Positions 9,366 to 20,465 of a DNA stretch of 64,000 nt are shown here, one piece after another. The stretch lies in contig JBCQTD010000007.1 in NCBI GenBank assembly GCA_047178725.1, forward strand, positions 4,903 through 68,902, in the 5' to 3' direction. Numbering within the stretch: position 1 is the first letter of the stretch; every line of letters begins with the position of its first letter. The notes under the pieces are model-generated. The model had not been told where the DNA came from and ran no database searches. It worked only from the letters and a program-made list of their open reading frames with translations. Position numbers and translations under genes: made by a program. Origin of the DNA: Rikenellaceae bacterium (GTDB taxonomy: Bacteria; Bacteroidota; Bacteroidia; Bacteroidales; Rikenellaceae).

Positions 9366-11699
9366 ATGAAACGCATATTATTCACCGCTATGCTCATCGC
9401 TCTCTCAATAGGGGCGGCATTAGCACAGAAGATAAATATAGGGTATATATACCCATCAGGGGCAGCCAGGGGCACAAGCTCCATTATAACTATAGGCGGC
9501 CAGAGCATCAGCACCGCAACCGGTGTGTCGATAAGCGGCAGCGGCGTAACCGCCGAGGTTATACCCCCTTCGGCTGAAGATCTAGCGGCTCAAAACAAAA
9601 ATAAGAGAAAGAAGATCTCCGACGAGGATAATCTTCAAATCGCACAGAAGCTGGTCATAAAGGTGACCGTGGCACCAGATGCCGAGCTTGGCATGCGCGA
9701 TATGAAAGTTATTGGCGCTAAGGGCGACCTATCAAATAGGCTCTTTTTTGAGATTGGCGAATATGTAAATTTTGTTGAGAGCGAGCCAAACAACACATTC
9801 GAGACATCAAACAAGATCCCATCCCTACCAACGACCATCTGCGGCTATGTAGAGAAGAGCTCTGTATCGGGATCAACCGAGACCAAGGGTGGCGGCGTGG
9901 ATATAGAGCTTGGAGGAAAGGATTTCTTCGAGTTTGAGGCTAAAAAGGGGCAGACGATCGTCGCCGAGACTAAGGCCGAGGTTTTTGTCCCATACCTTGC
10001 TGATGCTGTACCTGGATGGTTTCAGGCGGTTATCTCCCTCTATGATGAGAGCGGCAGCGAGGTTGCATTTTGCGACGACTACAACCTGCGTCCCGACCCG
10101 GTTTTAATCTACACAATCCCCAAAAACGGAAAATATACCCTCAAGATTCACGACTCGATCTATCGCGGTCGCGAGGATTTTGTATATCGCATCAACCTTG
10201 GCGCTATCCCATATGTAACCTCTATATTTCCACTCGGCGGATTGCTAGACAGCAAAACTAGTGTCGCCATCAAGGGTGTAAATCTCACGGATGAGTCGAT
10301 GGTAATAGAGCCAACAAACGCTCTGGATTACAAAGATACCTACCGCTACAAAAATGCCAACGGCCACCATAGCAACGAGATAACTTTCGCCGCGCAAAAG
10401 GGCAAAAAGGAGATTATACGCCCAGTTGGCTCGAATGACAAATCAAACCCCACATCACTAGATTTAGGCCATATCATCAACGCACAAATTCTTGAAAAGG
10501 GCGAGTGCCATTGGTATAAAATCCACGCAAATGTTGGAGATGAGCTATTTATTAAGGTTACTGGTCGCCGCCTAGGCTCACCTATTGATGCCCTTATGTG
10601 CATCTACTCGCCCAGCGGAGAACTTGTGGCTAAGATTGACGATGTGCCGGACGATAGCGAGGGTATGATTACCCACCAAGCCGACCCTGAGATCGTTCAT
10701 AAATTCAAGAATAGCGGCGATTTTCTGATTCGCATCACCGAGCAGCAGAACAACTTCGGCCCGGAGTACAGCTATCGACTATCGGCCGATGTAGCTAAGC
10801 CCGACTTCTCGCTTAACATCGAACCATCTAGCATATCTATACCGCAGTCGGGCACAGCGCTATTCACTGTTTTTGTCAACCGCAATGGCGGATTCAACCA
10901 GCCTGTGGCACTTAAATTTGAGGGGCTACCCAAGGGTTATACGGTTAGTGACGAGGTTATCTCTCCGGCGGCTAAATATCGCAAAATAGCGATCACAGCC
11001 CCAAAAGATGCCAAACTAGGCAAACTAAATCTTCAAATATTTGGTGAGTCGGTTGGCAAAGGTGGTGAGGTGCTGCGCCATCTTGCAAAGCCCGTTGAAG
11101 AGCTCAAGCAGGCTTTCTACATCAGCCATCTACTTACGACCGAGGCCTTTGATGTGGATATTGTCCACGCACAGCAGTTCTATATAACATTCGCCCCAGC
11201 GGAGGGCAGTGGCGATAAGATAGTGTTAAATCCCGATGGCATAACCCCAATAAAGGTTATCCTGCACCGCCAAGAGGGGTTCAACGAACCGGTGATGATC
11301 TCGGCAAAATTCAAGGTTAAGAATGTATCCTTCCAAGGAATAACCATTGATGGAGATAAATCTGAGGGGATAATCATGCTTGACACCAAGAGCTGGAAGC
11401 CCAATAGATTATGGCTTCAACTTATGATTCTGGGCACCGTAAAATCAAAAGCGGTGAATGTTGCCGGAATAGCCAAAAACACGGTGATATCATCGGTAAT
11501 GGTTAACAGTCCATTTATTGAGATTGATTTCCCCTCAGAGATGAATATTCCTTTCCCCTACTTTATGCGAGAGGGGTGGTTTGATAAACTTATAAACCAA
11601 GCAAAGGCAAAGGGCAGCAACGCCACCAAACAGTATGATAACAAAAACCAACAATCCAGAATAGAGGCTGCAAAAAAGAGTCAGACTCAAACCAAATAA
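9366..11699 (+). CDS. Exported PPC (pre-peptidase C-terminal)-repeat protein of Planctomycete type
   Basis: Signal peptide from ATG 9366; IGYIYPSGAARG, ESEPNN, DFFEFEAKKGQ, DSIYRGREDFVYR, GRRLGSPID, ADPEI, PDFSL motifs. Stop codon TAA coincides with the end of element A copy 2. Confidence 0.75.
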   Translation: MKRILFTAMLIALSIGAALAQKINIGYIYPSGAARGTSSIITIGGQSISTATGVSISGSGVTAEVIPPSAEDLAAQNKNKRKKISDEDNLQIAQKLVIKVTVAPDAELGMRDMKVIGAKGDLSNRLFFEIGEYVNFVESEPNNTFETSNKIPSLPTTICGYVEKSSVSGSTETKGGGVDIELGGKDFFEFEAKKGQTIVAETKAEVFVPYLADAVPGWFQAVISLYDESGSEVAFCDDYNLRPDPVLIYTIPKNGKYTLKIHDSIYRGREDFVYRINLGAIPYVTSIFPLGGLLDSKTSVAIKGVNLTDESMVIEPTNALDYKDTYRYKNANGHHSNEITFAAQKGKKEIIRPVGSNDKSNPTSLDLGHIINAQILEKGECHWYKIHANVGDELFIKVTGRRLGSPIDALMCIYSPSGELVAKIDDVPDDSEGMITHQADPEIVHKFKNSGDFLIRITEQQNNFGPEYSYRLSADVAKPDFSLNIEPSSISIPQSGTALFTVFVNRNGGFNQPVALKFEGLPKGYTVSDEVISPAAKYRKIAITAPKDAKLGKLNLQIFGESVGKGGEVLRHLAKPVEELKQAFYISHLLTTEAFDVDIVHAQQFYITFAPAEGSGDKIVLNPDGITPIKVILHRQEGFNEPVMISAKFKVKNVSFQGITIDGDKSEGIIMLDTKSWKPNRLWLQLMILGTVKSKAVNVAGIAKNTVISSVMVNSPFIEIDFPSEMNIPFPYFMREGWFDKLINQAKAKGSNATKQYDNKNQQSRIEAAKKSQTQTK

Positions 11700-11863
11700 G
11701 TAGTGTAAAACAATTATTGCCATATTTTTAAAAGCACTCTTAAAGCGATATTTTTCACTATTAAATTTCAGTATAGAACCACTATATTTTCAATTCAATA
11801 GCAAAAAATCTCATCTCCAATAGTACTCTTAAAAACACACCAATAATTATTTTACCCTACTTA
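11697..11863 (-). mobile_element. MITE-like fold-back element, family A copy 2 (inverted relative to copy 1)
   Basis: 164/167 identical to the reverse complement of 6334-6500 by manual alignment. Confidence 0.85.
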
Positions 11864-11910
11864 AGAAGAGAGGTTGCCAAAGATGTTTCGATGGCAACCT
11901 CCCTCTTTTT
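11864..11910. terminator. Bidirectional intrinsic terminator
   Basis: AGAAGAGAGGTTGCCA...TGGCAACCTCCCTCTTTTT between convergent genes. Confidence 0.8.
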
Positions 11911-11927
11911 ATCACATGGTGGCCGCT

Positions 11928-14747
11928 CTACTCGGGCATCATCACAACCTCTAGTCTATTCCCATCTTCGATAATCTTACTCAGCAGAGCGCTCACATCC
12001 TCCGGAGTGATCGACTCAACAGTTGGCCTATAGCTATTTACATAGTCGAAGCCATACTCATACCATCGCGAGATAAAGCGCCCCCATCCCATATTACTTT
12101 GCAGCGAATTGTCATAATTCTTCACCATCGCGCTACGCACTTTATTCATCTGCGAGGCGGCTGGAGGGGTGTTGCTCAAGCTCTTTAGCTCGCTCTCTAT
12201 TGTGGCAACAAGATCATCAACCTGCTCCCTATTTGTGTCGAAACTAAATCGGAGATTGTAGCTCGCAATAGGATAGTCTGTTGTGGAGGCAGATATCCCA
12301 ACTCCATAGGTGCCCCCCTTCTGCTCGCGCACCTTGTCAAAAAATATCTCATCGAGTATATCCTTTAAATATGCCATCGTGATATTTCCTTTAAGCGTAT
12401 AGGCCATCTCGCCCCAATAGTTGATCGTGGCGCTCGCCTTGGGCTGCTGCATAGCAACCGCGAAACTATCGCTATGGCTACCAGAGATCTTTCGCACCAG
12501 ATCATCCTTTCGCGATATCTTCTGCTCTGCTGCCGGCAAAGAGCCTATATACTTCTCGACAAGCGGGCGCAGAGTATCCAAATCTACATTGCCAATAATT
12601 GTAAAGCGAAAATTTGCCCCCGCACCAAATAGCCTCTTATGCAGAACTGGCAGCGACTCAAAATTCAGAGCTTCTATAATCCCCTGCGAGAGTGGCTGTT
12701 TACGCGGATTATTAGCATATAACCTCTGCACGAAGTGCTCGCTCATCTTACTATCTGGATCACTTGCCATATTCGAGACATAGGAACCAAGCTGACGCTT
12801 GAATGTGGCCAAGTCGGCCTCGTCGAATCTAGGCGATGTGAAGTTAAGATATAGCAGCTGCAATAGAGTCTCAATATCCGCCGGCGAACTAGAGCCCGAG
12901 CCACCATTTGCATAGTCGTCAACCCAGAGCGACAGCCCGGCAATCTTGCCCGAGAGCATCTTGCCTAGATCAATAGAGCTAAACTCCGACAAACCAGAGC
13001 TCGCCATTATAGATGGGAGGTATAGTGCACAATGATAGTCGGCATCTGTGGCCAACGAAGCGCCGCCCTCGGAGGAGAACGATAAGAGCACCTCATCACT
13101 CTTAAGTTGTGAAGGTTTCACCACAACAACAGCGCCATTACCAAGCCTCCACTCCACTGTGCCGAGCGTCTGATTCTCCTCACTCTCAGCCACTAGAGAG
13201 CCTTCCAACGCTGAGATATCCTCGATAAGCTCCTGGGCAATATGCTCATCCTGATATGGCTCAAGCTCCTCCACCCTAGCATCTAGAAGTATCTGCAACA
13301 CCTCATCCTCGGTTGGGTTTACTACGCCCTCCTTCTCGGGCGCAGAGATCGCCACCACAACATTTTCATCTACGAGCAAACGCTGCGCCAGCTTATTTAT
13401 ATCGGCAAGGGTTATGCTACTAATTATAGTGCTGTCCAACTGCCACTTAGCCTCGGCGGATGGGATCGACTCATTATATCTGAAGTGGTCGATATAGCCA
13501 TCTATGAAGCTACTATTAAATCGGTCATTTCTATTTAGATACTCCCTCTCGGCTCCTCGCATCAAGCTCTGCTTAGCGCGTTGAAACTCACCCTGGGTGA
13601 AGCCATAGCGTTTAAGTCGCTCTATTTCACAAACAAGGGCTTTGAAGGCGAGCGGCAGGTGGCCATCCTCGCTCTCGGCCGATATAACTGTTGCCTCCAT
13701 GGTGGGGATCACACCTAGCAAGCCACCACCCATCGAGGCATACAAGAATGGCGCATCAGGCTGATTTGATATCTCATCAAAACGGCTGCGCTGCATAACG
13801 CTCATATATCTCATGCTCATATCCAACATCGCACTAAATGTATAACCACGCGAGAGTCTATCCAACGCCCGGCGCTTGATATAGTAGCCGATGGATGAGT
13901 ATTGCATCTCGGGATCAGTATAGATAGATATTATAGGCTCTTTATTATCGGCGACGATAATCTCCTCCTTCTGCGGAGCGTCGGCCATGGAGCGCGGTAT
14001 ATCGGCCAACATTGCCAAAAGTTTCTTCTCAACAAGATCCACATCTACATCTCCCACGATAATTATCGCCTGGTGCTCAGGGCGATACCACTTATGATAA
14101 AATTCATCCAACGACTCAGGCGCAAATGTCCTAAGCCCCTCTAGATAGCCGATAATATTTCTATGCTCATACTTGGTGCCTTTAGCCAACGCCTTAACCA
14201 ACGCCATCATTGAGCGCCAATCGGCATTATCCCTAGTGCGGAGCTCTTCGCTGATAACACCTCGCTCCTGCTCTAGATCCTCAAGGGTGGGTTCGATAAA
14301 ATATGACCAATCATGCAGTATCATAAGTACACTATCCACCACCGACTCCCTTTCGACAGGCACATCGGTGATCATATATTGCGTCACATCCCAGCTAGTC
14401 GAGGCATTGAGATTAGAGCCAAACGAAACCCCAATACTCTGAAGGTAGTCGTCAATAAGCCCATCGGGGAAGTGCTTGGTGTTTTTAAATGCCATATGCT
14501 CCAGAAAATGCGCCAGCCCCTGCTCGCTATCATCCTCCTGGATAGCCCCCACATCAAATACTATATAAAAATCTGCCTGTGCTTTGGGTTTGGCATTATG
14601 GCGAATATAGTAGCTCGTGCCATTTGCTGCCACGCCATATCTCAACTCGGGATCACGCTCAATAGGCGCAATGGGGTTTAGCTGCGCTATGGCGGCCAGA
14701 ACCGAGAGGCTCAGCGCCAAAATAGCTATTAGTGTTCTCTTCTTCAT
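11928..14747 (-). CDS. M16 family zinc protease (PqqL-like), exported
   Basis: GLAHFLEHMAF inverted zincin, NAST, signal peptide, VREQKGGTYG C-terminal motif. Confidence 0.93.
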   Translation of the reverse strand: MKKRTLIAILALSLSVLAAIAQLNPIAPIERDPELRYGVAANGTSYYIRHNAKPKAQADFYIVFDVGAIQEDDSEQGLAHFLEHMAFKNTKHFPDGLIDDYLQSIGVSFGSNLNASTSWDVTQYMITDVPVERESVVDSVLMILHDWSYFIEPTLEDLEQERGVISEELRTRDNADWRSMMALVKALAKGTKYEHRNIIGYLEGLRTFAPESLDEFYHKWYRPEHQAIIIVGDVDVDLVEKKLLAMLADIPRSMADAPQKEEIIVADNKEPIISIYTDPEMQYSSIGYYIKRRALDRLSRGYTFSAMLDMSMRYMSVMQRSRFDEISNQPDAPFLYASMGGGLLGVIPTMEATVISAESEDGHLPLAFKALVCEIERLKRYGFTQGEFQRAKQSLMRGAEREYLNRNDRFNSSFIDGYIDHFRYNESIPSAEAKWQLDSTIISSITLADINKLAQRLLVDENVVVAISAPEKEGVVNPTEDEVLQILLDARVEELEPYQDEHIAQELIEDISALEGSLVAESEENQTLGTVEWRLGNGAVVVVKPSQLKSDEVLLSFSSEGGASLATDADYHCALYLPSIMASSGLSEFSSIDLGKMLSGKIAGLSLWVDDYANGGSGSSSPADIETLLQLLYLNFTSPRFDEADLATFKRQLGSYVSNMASDPDSKMSEHFVQRLYANNPRKQPLSQGIIEALNFESLPVLHKRLFGAGANFRFTIIGNVDLDTLRPLVEKYIGSLPAAEQKISRKDDLVRKISGSHSDSFAVAMQQPKASATINYWGEMAYTLKGNITMAYLKDILDEIFFDKVREQKGGTYGVGISASTTDYPIASYNLRFSFDTNREQVDDLVATIESELKSLSNTPPAASQMNKVRSAMVKNYDNSLQSNMGWGRFISRWYEYGFDYVNSYRPTVESITPEDVSALLSKIIEDGNRLEVVMMPE

Positions 14748-14806
14748 AGTGCAAATATAACTCAATATTTAGACAAATATTATCTGCTTACATGGATAAA
14801 TAAATA

Positions 14807-14830
14807 TGGGGCAACCCAAAAGCTGCCCCA
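14807..14830 (-). terminator. Hairpin downstream of TPR gene
   Basis: TGGGGCA...TGCCCCA stem followed by AT/T-rich tract on the minus strand. Confidence 0.55.
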
Positions 14831-14849
14831 CAATCTTAAGTTGATTAGA

Positions 14850-16229
14850 CTACTTACCGCTAACCTCCTTATAAAGCGTATTGTATTTTGTATATTTATC
14901 CATCATCCCCTCCTCATCACGCAGGCGGAAACATAGCGACTTAAGGTACTCTAGTGTACCCTCGTGCTTAGGCTTAACCTCGATGGCTGCCTCAAAACAC
15001 TTAACAGCCTCCTTGTATTCATTATATACAGTTACCAAATCCTTGTCATACTCGCTTTGGCTTGTGTAGTTCTTACCCTCTAGCTCAGCATTTAGATCAT
15101 CGCCCTTAAGCGTATAGAATAGACCCAAATAGAATTGACCATCAAAAAACTTGGGAGAGAGCTCCGTCACCTTCTTAAACGAGATGATACACTCATCATA
15201 ATCCTTCAAGGCAAAGTAGACACGGCCACGGCCAAACCAGGTTGTCACACTATTAGGATTTGCCTCAAGGTTACGATTGATAACAGCCAATAGCTCATCG
15301 GGGTTACCCAAGCCGCCATCCTTGGTTGTGTAGAGCTGAGTTAGACCCTCAAAGATGCGCTCATTGAGAGGGTAAGTAGAGATACCAGTCAAGAGAGCAT
15401 CCTTAGCCTTCTTTAGCTTAGCCTCATTAGGGTTTCCGGAGCCTGTGCAGCAGTGGTAGATATAGTAGTAGATATTTCCACGATCCTTATCCTCCATCTC
15501 CTTGTTTTCATCCTCGATCTTCTGGTAGCCACCATCTAGTGCCATTGTAAGATACTTCTCACCCATAGCATACGCTGCAGGAGACTTACTGCCCTGGATT
15601 GTATACATATAGCCAGCATAGTAGAGCAAGACAAGATCCTTATCATCATAGGCTGGTGCACTTTGCGCCTCGTATGCCTTTACAAAGGCATCTGCCGCGA
15701 TCTTATACTCGCCGAGCGTAACCGATACATCACCGAGCTGCTTGTAGTAATCTACAACATTCTTAATCTTAGCCTTGACCTTATCCTTGTCCGAAGGAGA
15801 GATCTCATAGGCCTTGTTATAATACTCCATCGCCTTATCCATAGCCCCCTTGCTAATTGGAGCTAGCTCCCTCCAGGCTGCAACCTTGCCACCACTCATA
15901 TATGCCTTAAAGAAGAAGTATGTAAGCTCATTGTAGTTTTCATCACCGATAGTCACCTGCTTAGATGACTTTGCCTTGCCACAAACGGTAGTGAGCATAG
16001 AGCTCTCCATCGAGACATAGAGCGGCTTTACGGGCTCATACTGAGCATTAAAATAGGCATCACCAGCCGCAATCCAAGCCGCAGCCTTAGTGTTCTTCTT
16101 TGGATTGGCAAGGGCAGCCTCCGCCTTGGTGATACTCTCCAAAAGATCTGGCTTACTGATCTTCTGAGCCTCAACAGCCGAGACCATAAACAACATTATG
16201 GCCGATAAAACTAATATTAACTTTTTCAT
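14850..16229 (-). CDS. Exported tetratricopeptide-repeat protein
   Basis: Signal peptide MKKLIL...AEA-like; repeated TPR patterns (AMEYYNKAYEISP, WFGRGRVYFALKDYDECI); follows gyrA. Confidence 0.85.
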   Translation of the reverse strand: MKKLILVLSAIMLFMVSAVEAQKISKPDLLESITKAEAALANPKKNTKAAAWIAAGDAYFNAQYEPVKPLYVSMESSMLTTVCGKAKSSKQVTIGDENYNELTYFFFKAYMSGGKVAAWRELAPISKGAMDKAMEYYNKAYEISPSDKDKVKAKIKNVVDYYKQLGDVSVTLGEYKIAADAFVKAYEAQSAPAYDDKDLVLLYYAGYMYTIQGSKSPAAYAMGEKYLTMALDGGYQKIEDENKEMEDKDRGNIYYYIYHCCTGSGNPNEAKLKKAKDALLTGISTYPLNERIFEGLTQLYTTKDGGLGNPDELLAVINRNLEANPNSVTTWFGRGRVYFALKDYDECIISFKKVTELSPKFFDGQFYLGLFYTLKGDDLNAELEGKNYTSQSEYDKDLVTVYNEYKEAVKCFEAAIEVKPKHEGTLEYLKSLCFRLRDEEGMMDKYTKYNTLYKEVSGK

Positions 16230-16330
16230 GTGTAAATTATTTTTTTTAATATGTTGTGCAAATGTAAACATAAATCGTTAGCTTCAAAATATATGACACC
16301 TCGAGAACATAACAATTCATACAACTTTAA

Positions 16331-18874
16331 CTACTCCTCGGCGACAGCTACTTGAGGCTCGGCTGCGGGCACATCTACTGCTGCAACCTCAGCATCCAAC
16401 TCATCCTCGCTCTTTGGCACAGCCATCACCGAGGCGATAGCATCACCCTCGCGCAGATTGATAATCCTAACACCCTGCGTGGCGCGACCTGCAACACGAA
16501 TTTGATCCACCGAGATGCGGATCGTAAGACCAGAGCGATTGATAATCATCAAATCGTTCTCATCGCTGACGGCCTGAATTGAGATTAGTTTACCCGTTTT
16601 TTCGGTGATATTAATCGTCTTAACACCCTTTCCACCACGATTTGTAATACGATACTCCTCGAGATCAGTACGCTTTCCATAGCCATTTTCGCTGAGTACT
16701 AGAACATCCTGCGTGCTCTCGGGCTCGATGCAGATCATCCCTACAACCTCATCCTCGCACTCGATAGAGATACCCCTAACACCAGCTCCAACACGACCTA
16801 TAGCGCGCGCTGCACTCTCATTAAAGCGAATAGCCTTACCACTCTTGGCAGCGATCATAACCTCCGCCGAGCCGCTTGTGAGTGTTGCCGAGATTAGCTC
16901 ATCGCCCTCGCGGATAACAATGGCATTCACACCATTCTGACGTGGGCGCGAATAGGCCTCAAGCTTGGTCTTTTTGATCGTACCATCCTTGGTGCACATC
17001 ACAATATAGTTGCTGTTGATATACTCCTCGTCGGTCAACCTCTTAACATTGATATAGGCGCGGATCTTATCATTTGGCTCGATCTGGATCACATTCTGTA
17101 TAGCCCTACCCTTTGACGAGCGGCTACCCTCGGGGATCTCATAAACCTTCAACCAGTAACATCTACCCTTCTCGGTAAAGAATAGCATTGTGTTGTGCAT
17201 TGAGGCCACATAGATATGCTCGATAAAGTCCTCATCACGCGTAGCGCTTCCCTTAGCTCCAACGCCGCCACGATTCTGTGTGCGATACTCTGTAAGCGGT
17301 GTGCGCTTGATATATCCTAGGTGCGAGATGGTGATAACCATATCATCATCAGCATAGAAATCCTCGGGGTTGAAATCCTCCGACGAGTAGATAATCTCCG
17401 TGCGACGCTCGTCGCCATACTTTGCACGCATAGCCATCAACTCGTCCTTGATGATCTGCATCTGAAGATCATGGCTTGCAAGAATATCATTGAAATAGGC
17501 GATCTGGCGGGCAAGCTCATCGCGCTCGGCGGCGAGCTTATCATGCTCCAGGCCGGTGAGGGCTCTTAGACGCATCTCAATAATTGCCGAAGCCTGCAAC
17601 TCGCTCAACGCGAAGCGCTCGATAAGTCCACGCTTAGCCTCCTCGGGATTCTTCGCTGCACGTATAACACGGATCACCTCGTCGATATTATCCTGAGCGA
17701 TGAGAAGACCCATCACAATGTGCATTCTCTCCTCAGCCTTGCGAAGATCGTAGCGTGTTCTGCGAACGATCACATCATGGCGGTGCTCAACAAAATTCTG
17801 AACCAAATCTTTAAGGTTCAAAAGCTTAGGGCGGCCACCGACAAGAGCGATATTATTCACCGCAAACGAGCTCTGAAGGGCTGTATTCTTGTATAGAGTA
17901 TTTAGGACAACGCTCGATACTGCATCATTTTTAAGGATAATAACGATGCGCATACCATTTCTATCGCTATCGTCATTGATATATGAGATTCCCTCGATCT
18001 TCTTATCGTTAACCATGTCGGCAATCTTCTTTATCATATCCGCGCGATTGACCATATATGGAATCTCGGTGATAACAATACACTCACGACCGGTCTCGGT
18101 ATACTCGATCTCGGTCTTGGCTCGCATTATAACTCTACCTCGACCAGTTAGAAGGGCCTCTTTTACACCCTCATATCCATAGATCAAGCCTCCGGTTGGA
18201 AAATCTGGCGCCTTGACATAGTTTAAGAGCTCCTCGCACTCAATATCATTGTTCTCAATATAGGCGCAACAAGCATCAATAACCTCCGAGAGGTTATGTG
18301 GCGCCATATTGGTAGCCATACCTACCGCGATACCACTTGCGCCATTGACTAGTAGCAATGGAATCTTCGTTGGCAACACCGTTGGCTCCAGGATTGTGTC
18401 ATCGAAGTTGTATGTCCAGTCGATAGTCTCCTTATCAATATCGGCCATAACCTCATCGGTGATCTTCTTCATTCTGGCCTCGGTATAACGCATCGCCGCA
18501 GCCGAGTCGCCATCCATCGAACCGAAGTTACCCTGACCATCAACTAGCGGATAGCGCAAAGACCAATCCTGCGCCATGCGAACCATAGCCTCATAGACCG
18601 AGCTATCGCCATGAGGGTGGAACTTACCGAGTACATCACCGACAATACGGGCAGATTTACGATGCGGCTTATCTGAAGATAGGTTCAGCTCAGAGCTCAT
18701 ATCGTATAGGATACGGCGGTGCACCGGCTTCAAACCATCACGCACATCTGGCAAGGCGCGCGAGACGATTACCGACATCGAGTAGTCGATGTAGGCAGAC
18801 TTCATCTGCTCCTCAATATTAATTGGGATTATGCGACCCCCACTCCGCTCACTCTGCTGCTCTTCTATTGACAT
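16331..18874 (-). CDS. gyrA: DNA gyrase subunit A
   Basis: [28 protein letters not shown] catalytic Tyr, GyrA box QNRGGVG. Confidence 0.98.
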   Translation of the reverse strand: MSIEEQQSERSGGRIIPINIEEQMKSAYIDYSMSVIVSRALPDVRDGLKPVHRRILYDMSSELNLSSDKPHRKSARIVGDVLGKFHPHGDSSVYEAMVRMAQDWSLRYPLVDGQGNFGSMDGDSAAAMRYTEARMKKITDEVMADIDKETIDWTYNFDDTILEPTVLPTKIPLLLVNGASGIAVGMATNMAPHNLSEVIDACCAYIENNDIECEELLNYVKAPDFPTGGLIYGYEGVKEALLTGRGRVIMRAKTEIEYTETGRECIVITEIPYMVNRADMIKKIADMVNDKKIEGISYINDDSDRNGMRIVIILKNDAVSSVVLNTLYKNTALQSSFAVNNIALVGGRPKLLNLKDLVQNFVEHRHDVIVRRTRYDLRKAEERMHIVMGLLIAQDNIDEVIRVIRAAKNPEEAKRGLIERFALSELQASAIIEMRLRALTGLEHDKLAAERDELARQIAYFNDILASHDLQMQIIKDELMAMRAKYGDERRTEIIYSSEDFNPEDFYADDDMVITISHLGYIKRTPLTEYRTQNRGGVGAKGSATRDEDFIEHIYVASMHNTMLFFTEKGRCYWLKVYEIPEGSRSSKGRAIQNVIQIEPNDKIRAYINVKRLTDEEYINSNYIVMCTKDGTIKKTKLEAYSRPRQNGVNAIVIREGDELISATLTSGSAEVMIAAKSGKAIRFNESAARAIGRVGAGVRGISIECEDEVVGMICIEPESTQDVLVLSENGYGKRTDLEEYRITNRGGKGVKTINITEKTGKLISIQAVSDENDLMIINRSGLTIRISVDQIRVAGRATQGVRIINLREGDAIASVMAVPKSEDELDAEVAAVDVPAAEPQVAVAEE

Positions 18875-19050
18875 ATTAGTTAAATTCTGATTTATATTTA
18901 ATGAACAAAAATAGCCAAAATTTACCATATAACCAATTTTGCACCTAGAAATATCACTCTATTTTCTGATATAATTTAGTTTTTTGCTTTTAATGGCCAT
19001 TTTTCGGCGATCTGAGCGATTTTAAATCTTTCGCAAGGGGAGGCAGGGAG

Positions 19051-19084
19051 AAGAAAAGCTCCCCAACGCAATGTTGAGGAGCTT
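19051..19084 (-). terminator. Intrinsic terminator
   Basis: Minus strand AAGCTCCTCAAC-ATTGC-GTTGGGGAGCTTTTCTT. Confidence 0.8.
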
Positions 19085-19109
19085 GCAATATAGCTTTAAA
19101 TATATATCG

Positions 19110-20429
19110 TTACTTAGACATATAGCTCTTAATATAGTTGTGGTGTGAACCGTAACGCTCGAAAGCGGCCTTATCAAGCTCCTCCTGAGCTGATGGGTGA
19201 GCAACCGAGATCAAAAGGCGCGCGCGCTCCTGAAGGCTCTTGCCATATAGGTTTACAGCACCAAACTCTGTAACAAACCAGTTGATGTGTGAACGAGTTG
19301 TCACAACACCAGCACCCGAGGTTAGCACATTGGCGATCTTAGATAGACCCTTGTTTGTAACAGATGGCATGGCGATGATAGCCTTACCGCCCTTAGACAG
19401 AGATGCACCACGAACGAAATCAACCTGGCCACCAACACCCGAATAGAACTTAGTTCCAAGTGAGTCGGCACAAACCTGACCCGTAAGGTCGATTTGAAGC
19501 GCTGAGTTGATAGCTGTAACGCGATCGTTCTGAGAGATGATAAATGGATCGTTAGTATAGCCCACATCCATCATCCTAACACCTGGGTTGTCGTCGATAA
19601 AGTCATAGACCTTCTGAGAACCCATAAGGAATGTCGATACCATCATGCCCTTGTCGATATTCTTAGCAGCACCATTAATCACACCGCTCTCAACAAGTGG
19701 AAGAACACCATCGGCGAACATCTCGGTGTGGATACCTAGATTCTTGTGGCCGCCAAGCTGCGAGAGCACAGCATTAGGAATAGCGCCGATACCCATCTGA
19801 AGTGTAGCGCCATCCTCAATAAGTGCAGCACAATGCTTACCAATAGCAACCTCAACCTCGCTTGGCTCAGAGAAGTGAGCCTCCTCAAGCGGCATATCCT
19901 CCTCTACGAAGAAGTTGATACGTGATGAGTGGATCATAGCATCACCAAACGAGCGTGGCACAAACTTATTAACCACAGCGATAACGGTAGAGGCAGTCTC
20001 AACGGCAGCAAGTGTAGCATCTACGGATGTACCTAGAGATACATAACCATGCTTATCTGGACGAGAGACCTGGATCATAGCAACATCACAAGGGACTGCA
20101 CCACAACGATATAGCTTCTGAGTCTCGCTAAGGAATACCGGGATGTAATCCGCAGCGCCACTCTGTGTCTGCTTGCGCACATTAGAACCAACAAAGAATG
20201 AATCTAGCTGGAATATACCCTCAAAACGGTCGTCGGCATAGGGTGCCGGGCCCTCGGTGTGAAGGTGGTGGATGTGAACATCGCGAAGCTCACCCTGCTC
20301 GCCACGCTCACACATAGCTTTGATAAGACACTGGGGCGCTGATGCAACAGAACTAAGGTGAATGTGATCACCCGACTTGATAGACTTTACTGCCTCGGCG
20401 GCTGTAACGAATTTCATTTGTGTACTCAT
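19110..20429 (-). CDS. Acetyl-CoA hydrolase/transferase family (4-hydroxybutyrate CoA-transferase-like)
   Basis: LQMGIGAIP, GIHTEMF, SGVGGQVDFVRGA, VTEFG motifs. Confidence 0.92.
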   Translation of the reverse strand: MSTQMKFVTAAEAVKSIKSGDHIHLSSVASAPQCLIKAMCERGEQGELRDVHIHHLHTEGPAPYADDRFEGIFQLDSFFVGSNVRKQTQSGAADYIPVFLSETQKLYRCGAVPCDVAMIQVSRPDKHGYVSLGTSVDATLAAVETASTVIAVVNKFVPRSFGDAMIHSSRINFFVEEDMPLEEAHFSEPSEVEVAIGKHCAALIEDGATLQMGIGAIPNAVLSQLGGHKNLGIHTEMFADGVLPLVESGVINGAAKNIDKGMMVSTFLMGSQKVYDFIDDNPGVRMMDVGYTNDPFIISQNDRVTAINSALQIDLTGQVCADSLGTKFYSGVGGQVDFVRGASLSKGGKAIIAMPSVTNKGLSKIANVLTSGAGVVTTRSHINWFVTEFGAVNLYGKSLQERARLLISVAHPSAQEELDKAAFERYGSHHNYIKSYMSK

Positions 20430-20465
20430 AAATTACTTAAGTTTATATTTTGTAGAGATTAATAA

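Noticed and set aside
11535-11723. Small ORFs overlapping the fold-back elements (also 49748-49972)
   Set aside because: Antisense to real genes, no transposase motifs; the elements appear non-coding.
6334-11863. Repeats as a CRISPR array or integron attC sites
   Set aside because: No repeat-spacer periodicity, no cas or integrase genes, no GTTRRRY/RYYYAAC ends, and the copies are inverted.
18590-18625. Quinolone-resistance substitution in gyrA
   Set aside because: QRDR reads [10 protein letters not shown], with Ser and an acidic residue at the usual positions.
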